Positions 45,829 through 55,662 of a stretch of DNA of 64,000 nucleotides are shown piece after piece. Positions within the stretch are counted from its first letter, which is position 1. Each line of letters opens with the position of its first letter. The notes under the pieces are model-generated. The model was not told the DNA's origin. It worked only from the letters and a program-made list of their open reading frames with translations, and made no database searches. The DNA comes from a virus (taxonomy: Duplodnaviria; Caudoviricetes), in the IMG/VR virus record IMGVR_UViG_3300032295_004079, positions 32,001 to 96,000 of that record; one strand, given 5' to 3'. The position numbers and the translations under genes were made by a program.

Positions 45829-46464
45829 ATGGATATTTTATTAACAGGAGGATCTAGGGGTATAGGAAAAAGTATTAAAGATTTATTTGAATCTCGTGGT
45901 CATAATGTATATTCCCCCACCAGAGAAGAATTAGATCTTTCTAAACCTATATCCCTACCCAAATGTGAGTTTGATATTGTTATTAATAATGCTGGGGTAA
46001 ATTTTCTAAAATCTATTTTAGATATAGATAATGATGAAATAATGAGGATTAATTATACCTCCCCATTAGAAATAATCCAGCAATGTCTCCCTTATATGAT
46101 TTCCAGAGAATATGGTAGAATAATTAACATAGGAAGTATTTGGATTGATTTAGCTAAACCTAAAAGGCTAGCATATAGTGCCAGTAAAAATGCTTTACAT
46201 TCTTTAACTAAAGCCCTTACAGCCGAATATGCCCATAAAGGAATTCTTTCCAATACAATTTCACCAGGATTTATTTCTACCGATTTAACTTACCAAAATA
46301 ATAGTACAGAACAATTAACTGCTCTGCAACACAATATACCTGTAGGTAGATTGGGATTGCCTGAAGAGGTAGCAAAATTAGTATATCAATTGACAGTTGA
46401 TAATACTTACATTGCGGGGCAAAATATCAAAATAGATGGAGGATACTCATGCACAATTTATTAA
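45829..46464 (+). CDS. SDR oxidoreductase (FabG-like)
   Basis: TGGSRGIG, NNAG, YSASK, IDGG. Confidence 0.9.
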   Translation: MDILLTGGSRGIGKSIKDLFESRGHNVYSPTREELDLSKPISLPKCEFDIVINNAGVNFLKSILDIDNDEIMRINYTSPLEIIQQCLPYMISREYGRIINIGSIWIDLAKPKRLAYSASKNALHSLTKALTAEYAHKGILSNTISPGFISTDLTYQNNSTEQLTALQHNIPVGRLGLPEEVAKLVYQLTVDNTYIAGQNIKIDGGYSCTIY

Positions 46465-47465
46465 ATATACCTTCTAAAGTTAATAATTATACTTTAGGTT
46501 TTGTTGATTCTATTTCTGAGATTGAAGATCTTATAGATCAAAGCAATACTATAACTATTATAGATCACAATGTTAGTGAATTATATCCTAATTTAAATCG
46601 TGATAATAATATAGTTTTAGTTTGCAATGAAAATTCTAAAACCTTAGAAGGAACTGCTTTATTAATATCTAATTTAATAAATCTAAAAGTTAATATTAAA
46701 ACCAAACTAGTGGTTATAGGGGGAGGAATACTACAAGACTTAGTAGGATTTAGTGCTTCAATATACGCTCGTGGGATTGAATATATTCTTGTTCCTACTA
46801 CTTTACTTGCTCAAACTGATAGTTGTGTTGGTGGAAAAACATCAATTAATTTTGATTCTAGAAAAAACTTAATAGGTACCTTTTATCCCCCTACAAGTAT
46901 AGTAATTTGTACTAAATTTTTAGATACTTTATCTCCTTTAGATTACATAAGCGGGTTGGGAGAAATATATAAATTTCACATTCTCCAAAATAAAACTCCT
47001 TATTTTTCTCCTAATTCTAATATAGAGTCTATGATTTTAGATAGTCTTAAATATAAAGTAGATATCTTATCAAGAGATGAATTTGATAAAGGAGAACGTA
47101 AGTTTTTAAATTTTGGTCATACTTTCGGCCATGCTTTAGAATCTACATCTAATCATGAAATACCTCACGGAATAGCGGTTATATTAGGAAGTATGCTTGC
47201 AGTAAAGTTATCCAATAACTTAGGGTATAAAGTAGATAACTATGATTGTATCATTGAAAAAGGAATAGATTTAATACAAAAAACTAATATTAACTTTGAT
47301 TCTAAGTGGTTTGATTTTGATTCTTTAATGGAAATAGTAAAATCTGATAAAAAAAGTACAGGAAAATTAACAATGGTATTAATAGATGATAAGCCTTTTT
47401 TGGAAAACGTTGAAGACGTTAGTATATTAAAGGAAACATTAAAACAAATTTATGAGAGTATCTGA
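46449..47465 (+). CDS. 3-dehydroquinate synthase-like sugar-phosphate cyclase
   Basis: GGGILQDLVGF, PTTLLAQTDSCVGGKT, LNFGHTFGHALE, PHG. Confidence 0.85.
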   Translation: MHNLLNIPSKVNNYTLGFVDSISEIEDLIDQSNTITIIDHNVSELYPNLNRDNNIVLVCNENSKTLEGTALLISNLINLKVNIKTKLVVIGGGILQDLVGFSASIYARGIEYILVPTTLLAQTDSCVGGKTSINFDSRKNLIGTFYPPTSIVICTKFLDTLSPLDYISGLGEIYKFHILQNKTPYFSPNSNIESMILDSLKYKVDILSRDEFDKGERKFLNFGHTFGHALESTSNHEIPHGIAVILGSMLAVKLSNNLGYKVDNYDCIIEKGIDLIQKTNINFDSKWFDFDSLMEIVKSDKKSTGKLTMVLIDDKPFLENVEDVSILKETLKQIYESI

Positions 47466-49182
47466 TTATGTAATCCAATTTCTTAGAGACAATTACGGAG
47501 TAGACACTATATTCACAGTTTCTGGAGGTGGGTGTATATTTTTAATTGATTCCTTAGGTAGTACTGAAGGAGTAAAATATGTAGCTACTCACCACGAGCA
47601 AGCTGCTTCTATTGCTGCTGAAGGTTATGCTAGAATGAATGATAAATTAGGAGCATGTATTGTTACCAGTGGGCCCGGTGGCACAAATGCTATAACCGGA
47701 ACTCTTTGTAGTTGGTTAGATTCTATACCTGTTATCACAATTAGTGGACAGGTAAATAAAGAAATGACTACTAATTACACTAAGTTACCTCTAAGACAGC
47801 TAGGAGACCAAGAATTTGATATCATTCAGTCTGTTAAAAACATGACTAAATACGCGATCCAGGTAAATGATCCTTTAGAAATTAGATATCATCTAGAAAA
47901 AGCATGCACTTTAGCTACTACAGGAAGACCAGGACCAGTTTGGATTGATATTCCACTAAATGTCCAATCTGTGGATATTGATCCCAATTCCCTAATAGGA
48001 TGGGAAGAAACTATTGATATTCCATCTCCTTCACAATCTCAAATAAATTTGGTTTTAGAAAAATGGAAACAGGCTAAAAAACCTCTTATGATTGTGGGAA
48101 ATGGAGTTAGATTAAGTAAGGGTATTAAAGAACTTTATTCTCTTTTATCTAAGACAAATATACCTGTTATATCTGCTGTAAATGGAAATGATATTGTAAA
48201 TAATGATTATGAATATTATTGCGGCAGATTTGGCACCCATGCACAAATAGGAGCTAATAATTTGTTAAGCGAGTGTGATTTTCTTCTTACAGTAGGCAGT
48301 AGACTGTATGTTCGACAAACTGGTTATAACTTTGAGGGGTTTGCAAAACAAGCTTATAAAATCCATATTGATGTAGACCAATCAGAACTAGATAAACCCA
48401 CTCTTTTTACTGATTTGAAAATCCATTCAGATGCTAAATTGTTTCTGTCTAATTTATTAGGTTACTCACTACCATCTACTTCTCCTGAATGGTTGGAAGA
48501 ATGTTCAAAATGGGCTTCTGCTCCTAAAGTATTGGACAGACATAGATCTAATAAAGATTATGTAAGTCACTATGCCTTCATAGAAACTTTATCTAAGGTA
48601 AAACCCAAAAATATGCATGTAATAACTAGTGATGGATCTGCTAATGTAGTTACAATGCAAGTAATGGATCTTGAAGGGGAACAAAGACTAATTACTAATA
48701 CAGGATGTGCTCCTATGGGATATGGTCTACCAGCAGCTTTAGGTGCCTCTACTCACCACGAAGTAATTTGTATAGAAGGAGATGGAAGTTTACACTTAAA
48801 TGTTCATGAGTTACAAACTATGAAACATTATAATCTTCCTATCAAACTTATATTATTAAATAATGATGGATATACTTCTATTAAAATATCTCAAAAAACT
48901 TTCTTTAATGGTAAATTCGTAGCATCTGAAAAAAATAGTGGAGTATCATTTCCAAATTTTGAAAAATTAATAAAAGCTTATGATTTACCATATTTTAGCA
49001 TCAAAACTAATGGTAAAGCTGAAGATGTTTTGAATGAATTCTTTTCACTAGATGGACCCGCGGTTTGTGAAGTATTTACTGATCCTAACGAGTACCATGA
49101 ACCTAAAGTTGTAGCTTCTTTAGATAAAAATGGAAAATTCATTCCTGGAGAACTAAAAAATATTCAATGGCTAGAATCTTAA
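47452..49182 (+). CDS. Thiamine diphosphate-dependent enzyme (ALS/YerE-like)
   Basis: HHEQAA, TSGPGGTN, GRPGPVWIDIP, MGYGLPAA, GDGS...NN. Confidence 0.9.
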   Translation: MRVSDYVIQFLRDNYGVDTIFTVSGGGCIFLIDSLGSTEGVKYVATHHEQAASIAAEGYARMNDKLGACIVTSGPGGTNAITGTLCSWLDSIPVITISGQVNKEMTTNYTKLPLRQLGDQEFDIIQSVKNMTKYAIQVNDPLEIRYHLEKACTLATTGRPGPVWIDIPLNVQSVDIDPNSLIGWEETIDIPSPSQSQINLVLEKWKQAKKPLMIVGNGVRLSKGIKELYSLLSKTNIPVISAVNGNDIVNNDYEYYCGRFGTHAQIGANNLLSECDFLLTVGSRLYVRQTGYNFEGFAKQAYKIHIDVDQSELDKPTLFTDLKIHSDAKLFLSNLLGYSLPSTSPEWLEECSKWASAPKVLDRHRSNKDYVSHYAFIETLSKVKPKNMHVITSDGSANVVTMQVMDLEGEQRLITNTGCAPMGYGLPAALGASTHHEVICIEGDGSLHLNVHELQTMKHYNLPIKLILLNNDGYTSIKISQKTFFNGKFVASEKNSGVSFPNFEKLIKAYDLPYFSIKTNGKAEDVLNEFFSLDGPAVCEVFTDPNEYHEPKVVASLDKNGKFIPGELKNIQWLES

Positions 49183-49934
49183 TTACAGGTGGGAATGGTT
49201 ATATAGCTCAAGCTATTTATACTTCATTAAAAAACGAACATAATATAATTTTAATTACTAGAAAAGATTTTGATTTAACAGATTCTGAGTTAACAAACCA
49301 ATGGTTTAAGAATAAATACTTTGATGTTGTAATCCACACTGCAGTAGTAGGGGGAAATAGATTAAAACCTGAAGATAAAACTATCACTGAATTTAATCTT
49401 AAAATGTGGAGTAATCTTTTAAATAACAGATCTCATTTCTCCCAGCTAATACACTTTGGATCAGGAGCTGAATTATACATGCAAGATACACCTTACGGTA
49501 TGAGCAAACATATTATAGCTGAGAATATTAAAAAAGAATCTAATTTTGCAAACTTAAGGATATTTGCTGTTTTTGATGAAAATGAATTAGAAAGAAGATT
49601 TATTATCTCTAACATTAGAAGATACATAAATAAAGAACCAATGGTAATCCATCAAGATAAATTTATGGACTTTATTTACATGGAAGATTTGGTTTCGTTA
49701 GTTAAGTTTAGTATCTTACACCCCTCAATAAATTTAATAGACTGTTGCTACCAAGAAAAATGCAAACTATCAGATATAGCAAAAATAATAAATAATTTAT
49801 CTGATTATCAAGTTCCCATAGAAGTTTCTTCTAAAGGATTAGCTTCATCTTATACAGGTATTTATAGTGAATTGGGAGTAAAATTTATAGGATTAGAAAA
49901 AGCAATTAAACAAATTTATGAAAAACTCAATTAG
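49167..49934 (+). CDS. NAD-dependent epimerase/dehydratase (nucleotide-sugar reductase)
   Basis: TGGNGYIA, GSGAE, YGMSK. Confidence 0.8.
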   Translation: MARILITGGNGYIAQAIYTSLKNEHNIILITRKDFDLTDSELTNQWFKNKYFDVVIHTAVVGGNRLKPEDKTITEFNLKMWSNLLNNRSHFSQLIHFGSGAELYMQDTPYGMSKHIIAENIKKESNFANLRIFAVFDENELERRFIISNIRRYINKEPMVIHQDKFMDFIYMEDLVSLVKFSILHPSINLIDCCYQEKCKLSDIAKIINNLSDYQVPIEVSSKGLASSYTGIYSELGVKFIGLEKAIKQIYEKLN

Positions 49935-51246
49935 TTTCTGCATAGCCTCAGCTAAAAATGAAAAATATTATACTTTAGGAGTATTAAAAAGTTTAGAAGA
50001 AAATACTAATTTTTCAGAACATGAAGCTATTATATTTATTGACTCTGACAATCAAGATACTTATGAAGCTCTTTTAGAATATAGAAAAAATAAACCAAAC
50101 ATTAAAATACATAGAAATACTACAGGTTTTCCTATTGGAAGTCAACGTAATGTTTCAATAATGTTTGCCCATGCATCTAAGGAAGTTGTAATTTATTTAC
50201 AATCAGATATGGTTGTTTGTCCAGATTTTGATAAATATTTTTTAGAGGCTTTAGATAATAACAAAAATAGAATTATAAGTGCTGCTAGAATTGAACCTCC
50301 TCTTCACCCTGCATCTCCCGAAAAAATAGTAAAAGATTTTGGATTATCTCCTGAAGAATTTAAATATCAAGAATTTTACCAATTTGCTAGAGATTTGCAA
50401 AAAGAGAATAGACCATTGATGGATGGACATTTTGCTCCTTTTGGGTGTTTCAAAGAAACTTATTTTAATGTAATTGGTGGATTTGATACCCAATTTCGTT
50501 GTTCTAGAGAAGATTCTGACTTTATTATTAGATTAAAATCTCTTAATTTAGAGACTTACCAAAGTTGGAATGCTTGTGTTTACCATTATACTTGTGTATC
50601 ATCTCGAGGAAATGATTGGTATAAACAAACTACCTCAGCTGAAATTAAAAATGAATGGCAATCAAAAGCAGATCAAGAGGAATTAAAAAGATTTATCCGT
50701 AAGTGGGGATATTTTGGACATGACTATAGACCTAAGTATCAAACTACCTTAGTACTTGATATTAATACTGCCCCTAATTTAAATTTTTTAATTCAAATTG
50801 AACCTTATTTTGATAAAATTGTTTTAAACGAAAAACCTGTTATTGATGTATTAATTTCATCCGTAAAATATGAAAGTTATTATTTTGCTAATAAAAGATG
50901 GGGGTATACCCAAGAACATTGGGATAACATAAGACATAAATTTATGGGTCCTGATCTTAGGGAAAAATTTATTTATACTGATGATTATTCTTTTGATGAT
51001 CATATTGTAGTAAAAACGGACTTACATTCTTTACATAAAAATTCAAAATCTGAAGAAGTGCAGCAATTTATACAAAATTATAATTTAATGTTTTATAATT
51101 TATTAACAACTTCTCCTGAAAATTATAAAGGTAAGTATCAAATAAATTGTTTTGAGGTTAAAATAAATGAATTAATTGATTCAAACCTAACTCATTTGAA
51201 TACTCAACAATATCTTTTTGACACAAATGAATTTATTTTTAATTAA
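49918..51246 (+). CDS. Glycosyltransferase family 2
   Basis: YLQSDM, GGFD, REDSD, YHYTCVSSR. Confidence 0.8.
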   Translation: MKNSISFCIASAKNEKYYTLGVLKSLEENTNFSEHEAIIFIDSDNQDTYEALLEYRKNKPNIKIHRNTTGFPIGSQRNVSIMFAHASKEVVIYLQSDMVVCPDFDKYFLEALDNNKNRIISAARIEPPLHPASPEKIVKDFGLSPEEFKYQEFYQFARDLQKENRPLMDGHFAPFGCFKETYFNVIGGFDTQFRCSREDSDFIIRLKSLNLETYQSWNACVYHYTCVSSRGNDWYKQTTSAEIKNEWQSKADQEELKRFIRKWGYFGHDYRPKYQTTLVLDINTAPNLNFLIQIEPYFDKIVLNEKPVIDVLISSVKYESYYFANKRWGYTQEHWDNIRHKFMGPDLREKFIYTDDYSFDDHIVVKTDLHSLHKNSKSEEVQQFIQNYNLMFYNLLTTSPENYKGKYQINCFEVKINELIDSNLTHLNTQQYLFDTNEFIFN

Positions 51247-51251
51247 AACTC

Positions 51252-51282
51252 TTGGCTCCTCCAGTTTTATTTCTTATATTTA
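51252..51282 (+). promoter_or_regulatory. Promoter TTGG-N19-TAtaTTTA
   Basis: TTGG 51252-55, TATATTTA 51275-82. Confidence 0.7.
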
Positions 51283-51309
51283 TAAAATAATTTACCAGAA
51301 GTAAAAAAT

Positions 51310-52188
51310 ATGAAAGCTTTAGTAACTGGGGGAGCAGGATTTATAGGAACAAATTTAATAAAAAAGTTATTAAATGAAGGATATAGAGTAATTAGCATAG
51401 ATAACTACAAATCAGGATTTGAATCTAATCATGTAAGTGGATGTCATTACTTTAATGGAGATATTAGGGACATTGAGGATTATTCATTATTGGAACCAGA
51501 TATTGTTTTTCATTTAGCGGCTATAGCTCGAATCCAACCTTCTTTTTTAGATCCTAAAGATTATTTTATTACCAATGTTAATGGTAGTTTAAATTTAATT
51601 CATTGGTGTGCCCAAAACAATATTCCATTGGTGTATGCTGGTTCTTCTTCAAAATATAGTGGAAGATTTAAGAACCCATACACTTTCTCTAAAGATATAG
51701 GAGAAGATATTGTTACTCTTTACCAACAACATTATAATTTGAAAGCCTCTATTACTCGATTTTATAATGTTTATGGCCCACACCAACTTGAAGAAGGGGG
51801 ATATAGTACTGTTATTGGCATATGGTTAAAAGCTTTTAGAGAAGGGAAACCATTGTTAGTGACTGGGGATGGTGAGCAAAGAAGAGATTTTACCCATGTT
51901 TATGATATTGTAGAAGCTCTATATAAAATAGGAGACCAAAATGCTTGGGGGTATGAATTTGAATTAGGAAGAGGAGTTAATTATTCCCTAAACGAATTAG
52001 TTAAACTAACAAATTCAATCCCTGAGTATATCTCTGCACGACCTGGAGAAGCAAGAGAAACACTAAATACTGACACACTTGCAAAAGAAATATTAGGATG
52101 GGAACCAAAAATAAACATCGAAAGTTATATTAAAAATGAATTTAACAATCAAAAAATCAAAAACAATGGAAATGATCCCTTGTTCTAA
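51310..52188 (+). CDS. NAD-dependent nucleotide-sugar epimerase
   Basis: TGGAGFIG, YTFSK, RFYNVYG, GDGEQRRDF. Confidence 0.88.
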   Translation: MKALVTGGAGFIGTNLIKKLLNEGYRVISIDNYKSGFESNHVSGCHYFNGDIRDIEDYSLLEPDIVFHLAAIARIQPSFLDPKDYFITNVNGSLNLIHWCAQNNIPLVYAGSSSKYSGRFKNPYTFSKDIGEDIVTLYQQHYNLKASITRFYNVYGPHQLEEGGYSTVIGIWLKAFREGKPLLVTGDGEQRRDFTHVYDIVEALYKIGDQNAWGYEFELGRGVNYSLNELVKLTNSIPEYISARPGEARETLNTDTLAKEILGWEPKINIESYIKNEFNNQKIKNNGNDPLF

Positions 52189-52492
52189 ATGCGGCAACAA
52201 CATGCCTGAACTTAGAAAAATTAAATTTGGGTATGATTTTTGTATCCAATGTTCAGACAAATACAATCTAATAGGTAAAAAAAGAGCAATTACTGTTCAA
52301 ATGGGAGAAGGCGACCATACCTGGAATGAAACTATCATTATGAGCGAAAAAGATTTTCTAGAATATGAAAAGCAAGAAGAATTGGCTTTACAATTAGCAG
52401 GGAAAAGAAAAACTCATAAAGCAGAATTTCTTTCATTTGAGGAAGAAAATATTGTTCCTGAAAGATTAGTTGTTAATCCTAAAGAAGACTAA
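52136..52492 (+). CDS. Hypothetical Zn-finger protein
   Basis: CSKCG...CIQCS. Confidence 0.6.
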   Translation: MNLTIKKSKTMEMIPCSKCGNNMPELRKIKFGYDFCIQCSDKYNLIGKKRAITVQMGEGDHTWNETIIMSEKDFLEYEKQEELALQLAGKRKTHKAEFLSFEEENIVPERLVVNPKED

Positions 52493-52494
52493 AA

Positions 52495-53130
52495 GTGCCT
52501 CAACCTAAACCACTAAGCAAAGCCATGATTGTGGCTGCGCATGCTAAAACCCAATCCAATTTAGCAGCTGCGCGTTATTTGCATGTTTCATATCAACATT
52601 ACCGAAAGTTTGCTAAAATATACACAGATGAAGCAACAGGTAAAAGTTTATTTGATTTACATAAAAATCAATGTGGTAAAGGCATTCCTAAATTTTTAAA
52701 ACAAAGCAAAAAAGAACCTGCGCTTCTAGATATTATAGAAGGAAGAGTAGCATCATCTCACTTCCAACCTGCCAAACTTAAGTACAGAATGATAGAGCAG
52801 GGATATTTATCAGAGGAATGTGCCCAATGCAAATTTAAAGAACGTAGGGTTCTTGATTATAAAATACCTTTACTTTTACATTTTAAAGACGGAAATAATT
52901 CAAATTGGTCTTTAGAAAATGTAGAGTTACTTTGTTATAATCATTATTTCCTACTAGTTGGGGACATATTCAACGAAAAAGATCTTAAATATATTGAATC
53001 ACATCAAGAACAGTACGGAATTTCAGATGCTGTAAGTTGGGAAGTGGATGATTACCACCTCCAAAGATTAAAAGAATTAGGTTTACATAATGATGAAGAT
53101 GATGTTAACCAGTATATTTCAAGAATATGA
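52495..53130 (+). CDS. HNH-like endonuclease/DNA-binding protein
   Basis: CAQC...LHFKDGNNSNWSLENVELLCYNH. Confidence 0.65.
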   Translation: MPQPKPLSKAMIVAAHAKTQSNLAAARYLHVSYQHYRKFAKIYTDEATGKSLFDLHKNQCGKGIPKFLKQSKKEPALLDIIEGRVASSHFQPAKLKYRMIEQGYLSEECAQCKFKERRVLDYKIPLLLHFKDGNNSNWSLENVELLCYNHYFLLVGDIFNEKDLKYIESHQEQYGISDAVSWEVDDYHLQRLKELGLHNDEDDVNQYISRI

Positions 53131-53285
53131 ATTTAGATGATAAACATAAAAGAATAAAAGAAGACTATGGTAAAATAAAATCCTCCCACCTTGAAAGATT
53201 AGGAACAACAATGTTGAAAAACGAAGAAAAGTTCCGTAAATTAAAAGACAAAAAAATTAATAACAACTTTCTTAAACATTTTTGA
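53127..53285 (+). CDS. Hypothetical protein (52 aa)
   Basis: ATGA-coupled ORF filling the gap. Confidence 0.45.
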   Translation: MNLDDKHKRIKEDYGKIKSSHLERLGTTMLKNEEKFRKLKDKKINNNFLKHF

Positions 53286-53286
53286 T

Positions 53287-53625
53287 ATGAAATTTAAACA
53301 TCATTTAGTTTACGATAATTCACATGAAATTGAATATATGTTGGAAGGAGGAGATTATAATTTATCACGTTTAGTAGTAGACACCACTCTTGAAAATCTT
53401 ACAACAAGAAAAAAAGTAATACCCATAGTTTCAATATACGCACAGGAAGAAGAAATGTTTTGGGATCTTACATTAGATAGAGAAGATATGGAAGAGACCT
53501 TAAGCAAAAATCTCAGCATAATGGAAAAATTTGAAGATTATGAGAGATGTCAGGAAATAGTTAATGGTATAAAGTTTATTCAAAGTAAAAAAAGTAATGG
53601 CAACAAAACAAAAAGTAAGCGTTAG
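53287..53625 (+). CDS. Hypothetical protein
   Basis: 112 aa; C-terminal EDYERC helix. Confidence 0.6.
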   Translation: MKFKHHLVYDNSHEIEYMLEGGDYNLSRLVVDTTLENLTTRKKVIPIVSIYAQEEEMFWDLTLDREDMEETLSKNLSIMEKFEDYERCQEIVNGIKFIQSKKSNGNKTKSKR

Positions 53626-53740
53626 CTCGTTTGCACCCAAAAGAACAAAAGTTTCAAGACCTGGAGTGCATGCTAAAACTAAAAATTCTAGCACTAAGCA
53701 CAACAAAAACTACGCTAAAGCTTATAGAGGACAAGGATAA
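53597..53740 (+). CDS. Small basic protein ending YRGQG (47 aa)
   Basis: MATKQKVS...KNYAKAYRGQG*. Confidence 0.6.
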   Translation: MATKQKVSVSSFAPKRTKVSRPGVHAKTKNSSTKHNKNYAKAYRGQG

Positions 53741-53776
53741 ACATCTTTTTGTTTTCTTTACAATTTTTTAATAATC

Positions 53777-53845
53777 TTTTTGCAGAAAGCCTCTCGCGAA
53801 ATGGTAGGCTTTCTGCTTTTTTGTTCGTAAATTTACACTGTTGAA
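53777..53845 (+). promoter_or_regulatory. Repeated promoter cassette with hairpin (TAGG-N19-TAaaTTTA)
   Basis: GCAGAAAGCCT/AGGCTTTCTGC followed by a T-run; similar to the cassettes at 55335 and 63174. Confidence 0.7.
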
Positions 53846-53866
53846 AAATTAAGAAATATCAAAACT

Positions 53867-54148
53867 ATGAGAAATAAAAACCAATCAATCTATAGAGCAA
53901 TAGAAGAATTGCGTAAGATGAGTAATGCAGGATTAATAGACGGAGATGATTTCTTGCTTGTGTTCCTTAGACTAAAGAACCAACTCCAACCAGAACAACC
54001 ACTATCTTCTTCACTAACATTAGCAGATTTGGAATGCTACGATTTCCAATATTATGTAGGCCACATTGCTGATATGGATGGGGATGGATGGGTTAATCAA
54101 GAAACAGCAGAATTAGTTTTGTTAGAATATAATGCAGGTGTAAGATGA
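53867..54148 (+). CDS. Hypothetical protein
   Basis: 93-aa ORF after a promoter. Confidence 0.6.
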   Translation: MRNKNQSIYRAIEELRKMSNAGLIDGDDFLLVFLRLKNQLQPEQPLSSSLTLADLECYDFQYYVGHIADMDGDGWVNQETAELVLLEYNAGVR

Positions 54149-54474
54149 TAAAATATAAACACACACATTCACATTTACCCCCAGTTCTATTTACTTCTAT
54201 CTTTAATGGTAAAAAATATATTGTACCTGGATGGAAAGAAGTTCACCCTAATACTACACTAGAAAATATTGAATGGGTAAAAGAAAAAGTAGTAGTTAAA
54301 AAAACAGAAATTGAAACATTCGAGTTCCCATCCTCAAGTGGTAATGAAGTTTATATTGCTAAAAAATATACTAACCCCAATGGATCTATTAAATTTAGCT
54401 GCAACTGCCCTGGTGTATGGCGCTCAGCTGATAGAAGATGTAAACATATAAAATCATTAGAAATAAATGGCTAG
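54145..54474 (+). CDS. SWIM-type zinc-finger protein
   Basis: CNCPG...CKHI. Confidence 0.7.
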   Translation: MIKYKHTHSHLPPVLFTSIFNGKKYIVPGWKEVHPNTTLENIEWVKEKVVVKKTEIETFEFPSSSGNEVYIAKKYTNPNGSIKFSCNCPGVWRSADRRCKHIKSLEING

Positions 54475-54700
54475 ATCAAGCGAAAGACTTAAAGCATCAG
54501 TTGGGGTAGTATTTACAACTTCTACTCAAGCAAACCCTAAATATAAAATTAAGGTATTCAAAAATAAAACAGTAGATGAGTTACTGGATTGCAACTTTGA
54601 AACTCCTGGTATCCCTCTAAAAGCGGACATTAAAGAGATGGTAGTGGGAGATAATCTTATAAATATGTTAAAAACAAAGTATAAGATTAAAGCTGCTTAG
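54467..54700 (+). CDS. Hypothetical protein
   Basis: 77-aa coupled ORF. Confidence 0.55.
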   Translation: MARSSERLKASVGVVFTTSTQANPKYKIKVFKNKTVDELLDCNFETPGIPLKADIKEMVVGDNLINMLKTKYKIKAA

Positions 54701-54807
54701 TATTTATTATAAAATGTTTGCTTCTACTCTCATCTCACTTTTATGTCTTATTGTGGTAATATCTATAATAAAAAAAAGACAAGAAAAACGAATTAATTGG
54801 TAATCCT

Positions 54808-55332
54808 ATGAGCAGCTATTCCACTTTATTAGTACCTATTTTAGAACAATTACTTGTAAAAGAAATTGGTGAGGCAAGTATTCCTCCTTTAAAATGGGAA
54901 CAATTAACCCCCACTAGATTTAGATTTGAAATTTATATTGAAGATGAGTTTAATTATGTACAAGTAGAATTTGAAAGAGGGGGTGGTGCTGCAAAAGAAT
55001 TTTTTCTTCCACCTGCTTATAGAAATATAAAATCTTTTTATAATGTAGGTTTTGATATTGATGGAACAGAGACCCAATATGCAAAAACTAAACTAAAAAC
55101 TTTATTACAAATTATGTCTACAATGGTAGATATAGTGAAGTTTTTTATAAAAACCAGACAACCTGATGCCTTATCTTTTATGGCTACAGAAAAAAATAGG
55201 GATAGTAATAATATGCAAAAATCAAACTTATATCAGGCATTTATAAAAAAAGGAATAAGCTCTATACCAGGTTATACTAGTGATACTTATAGAGATTCTT
55301 ATCTTGTTGTAAAAAATTCAATATCCCGCTAA
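54808..55332 (+). CDS. Hypothetical protein
   Basis: 174-aa ORF. Confidence 0.65.
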   Translation: MSSYSTLLVPILEQLLVKEIGEASIPPLKWEQLTPTRFRFEIYIEDEFNYVQVEFERGGGAAKEFFLPPAYRNIKSFYNVGFDIDGTETQYAKTKLKTLLQIMSTMVDIVKFFIKTRQPDALSFMATEKNRDSNNMQKSNLYQAFIKKGISSIPGYTSDTYRDSYLVVKNSISR

Positions 55333-55334
55333 AC

Positions 55335-55408
55335 TTTTTGCAGAAAGCCTCTTGCTAAAAATTTGGCTACCCGAGAAACCGTTCGTAGATTTACATTGTT
55401 GATTTAAA
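55335..55408 (+). promoter_or_regulatory. Repeated promoter cassette (TTGG-N19-TAgaTTTA)
   Basis: TTGG 55363-66, TAGATTTA 55386-93; 28 bp identical to 63213-63240. Confidence 0.75.
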
Positions 55409-55440
55409 ACGGATACAAAAACAAAAAAAAAATAACGGTT

Positions 55441-55662
55441 ATGGAAAAGCAATTACTACACACCTGTCTTTACAAAGCAAAGCAGTCTTTCAAATTAGGA
55501 AACGAAGAATCAGCTCGTGATTTTTGCGACTTAGGAATCGCTTATATTGCTGATAAAAGATTAGACGGATATGGTCCTGAGGATTTGATTGAAGGAATTA
55601 AAGTGGATTTGTGGTTGGAAAGATTTTGGATGTTTTTGGAAAATAAAAATTTGTTAATGTAA
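55441..55662 (+). CDS. Hypothetical protein
   Basis: 73-aa ORF; GGTTATG start. Confidence 0.6.
   Translation: MEKQLLHTCLYKAKQSFKLGNEESARDFCDLGIAYIADKRLDGYGPEDLIEGIKVDLWLERFWMFLENKNLLM

Noticed and set aside
46449-49182. aroB and ilvB as amino-acid biosynthesis auxiliary genes
   Set aside because: They are embedded in a nucleotide-sugar operon with no other pathway genes or ALS regulatory subunit, so sugar-modifying paralogs are more likely.
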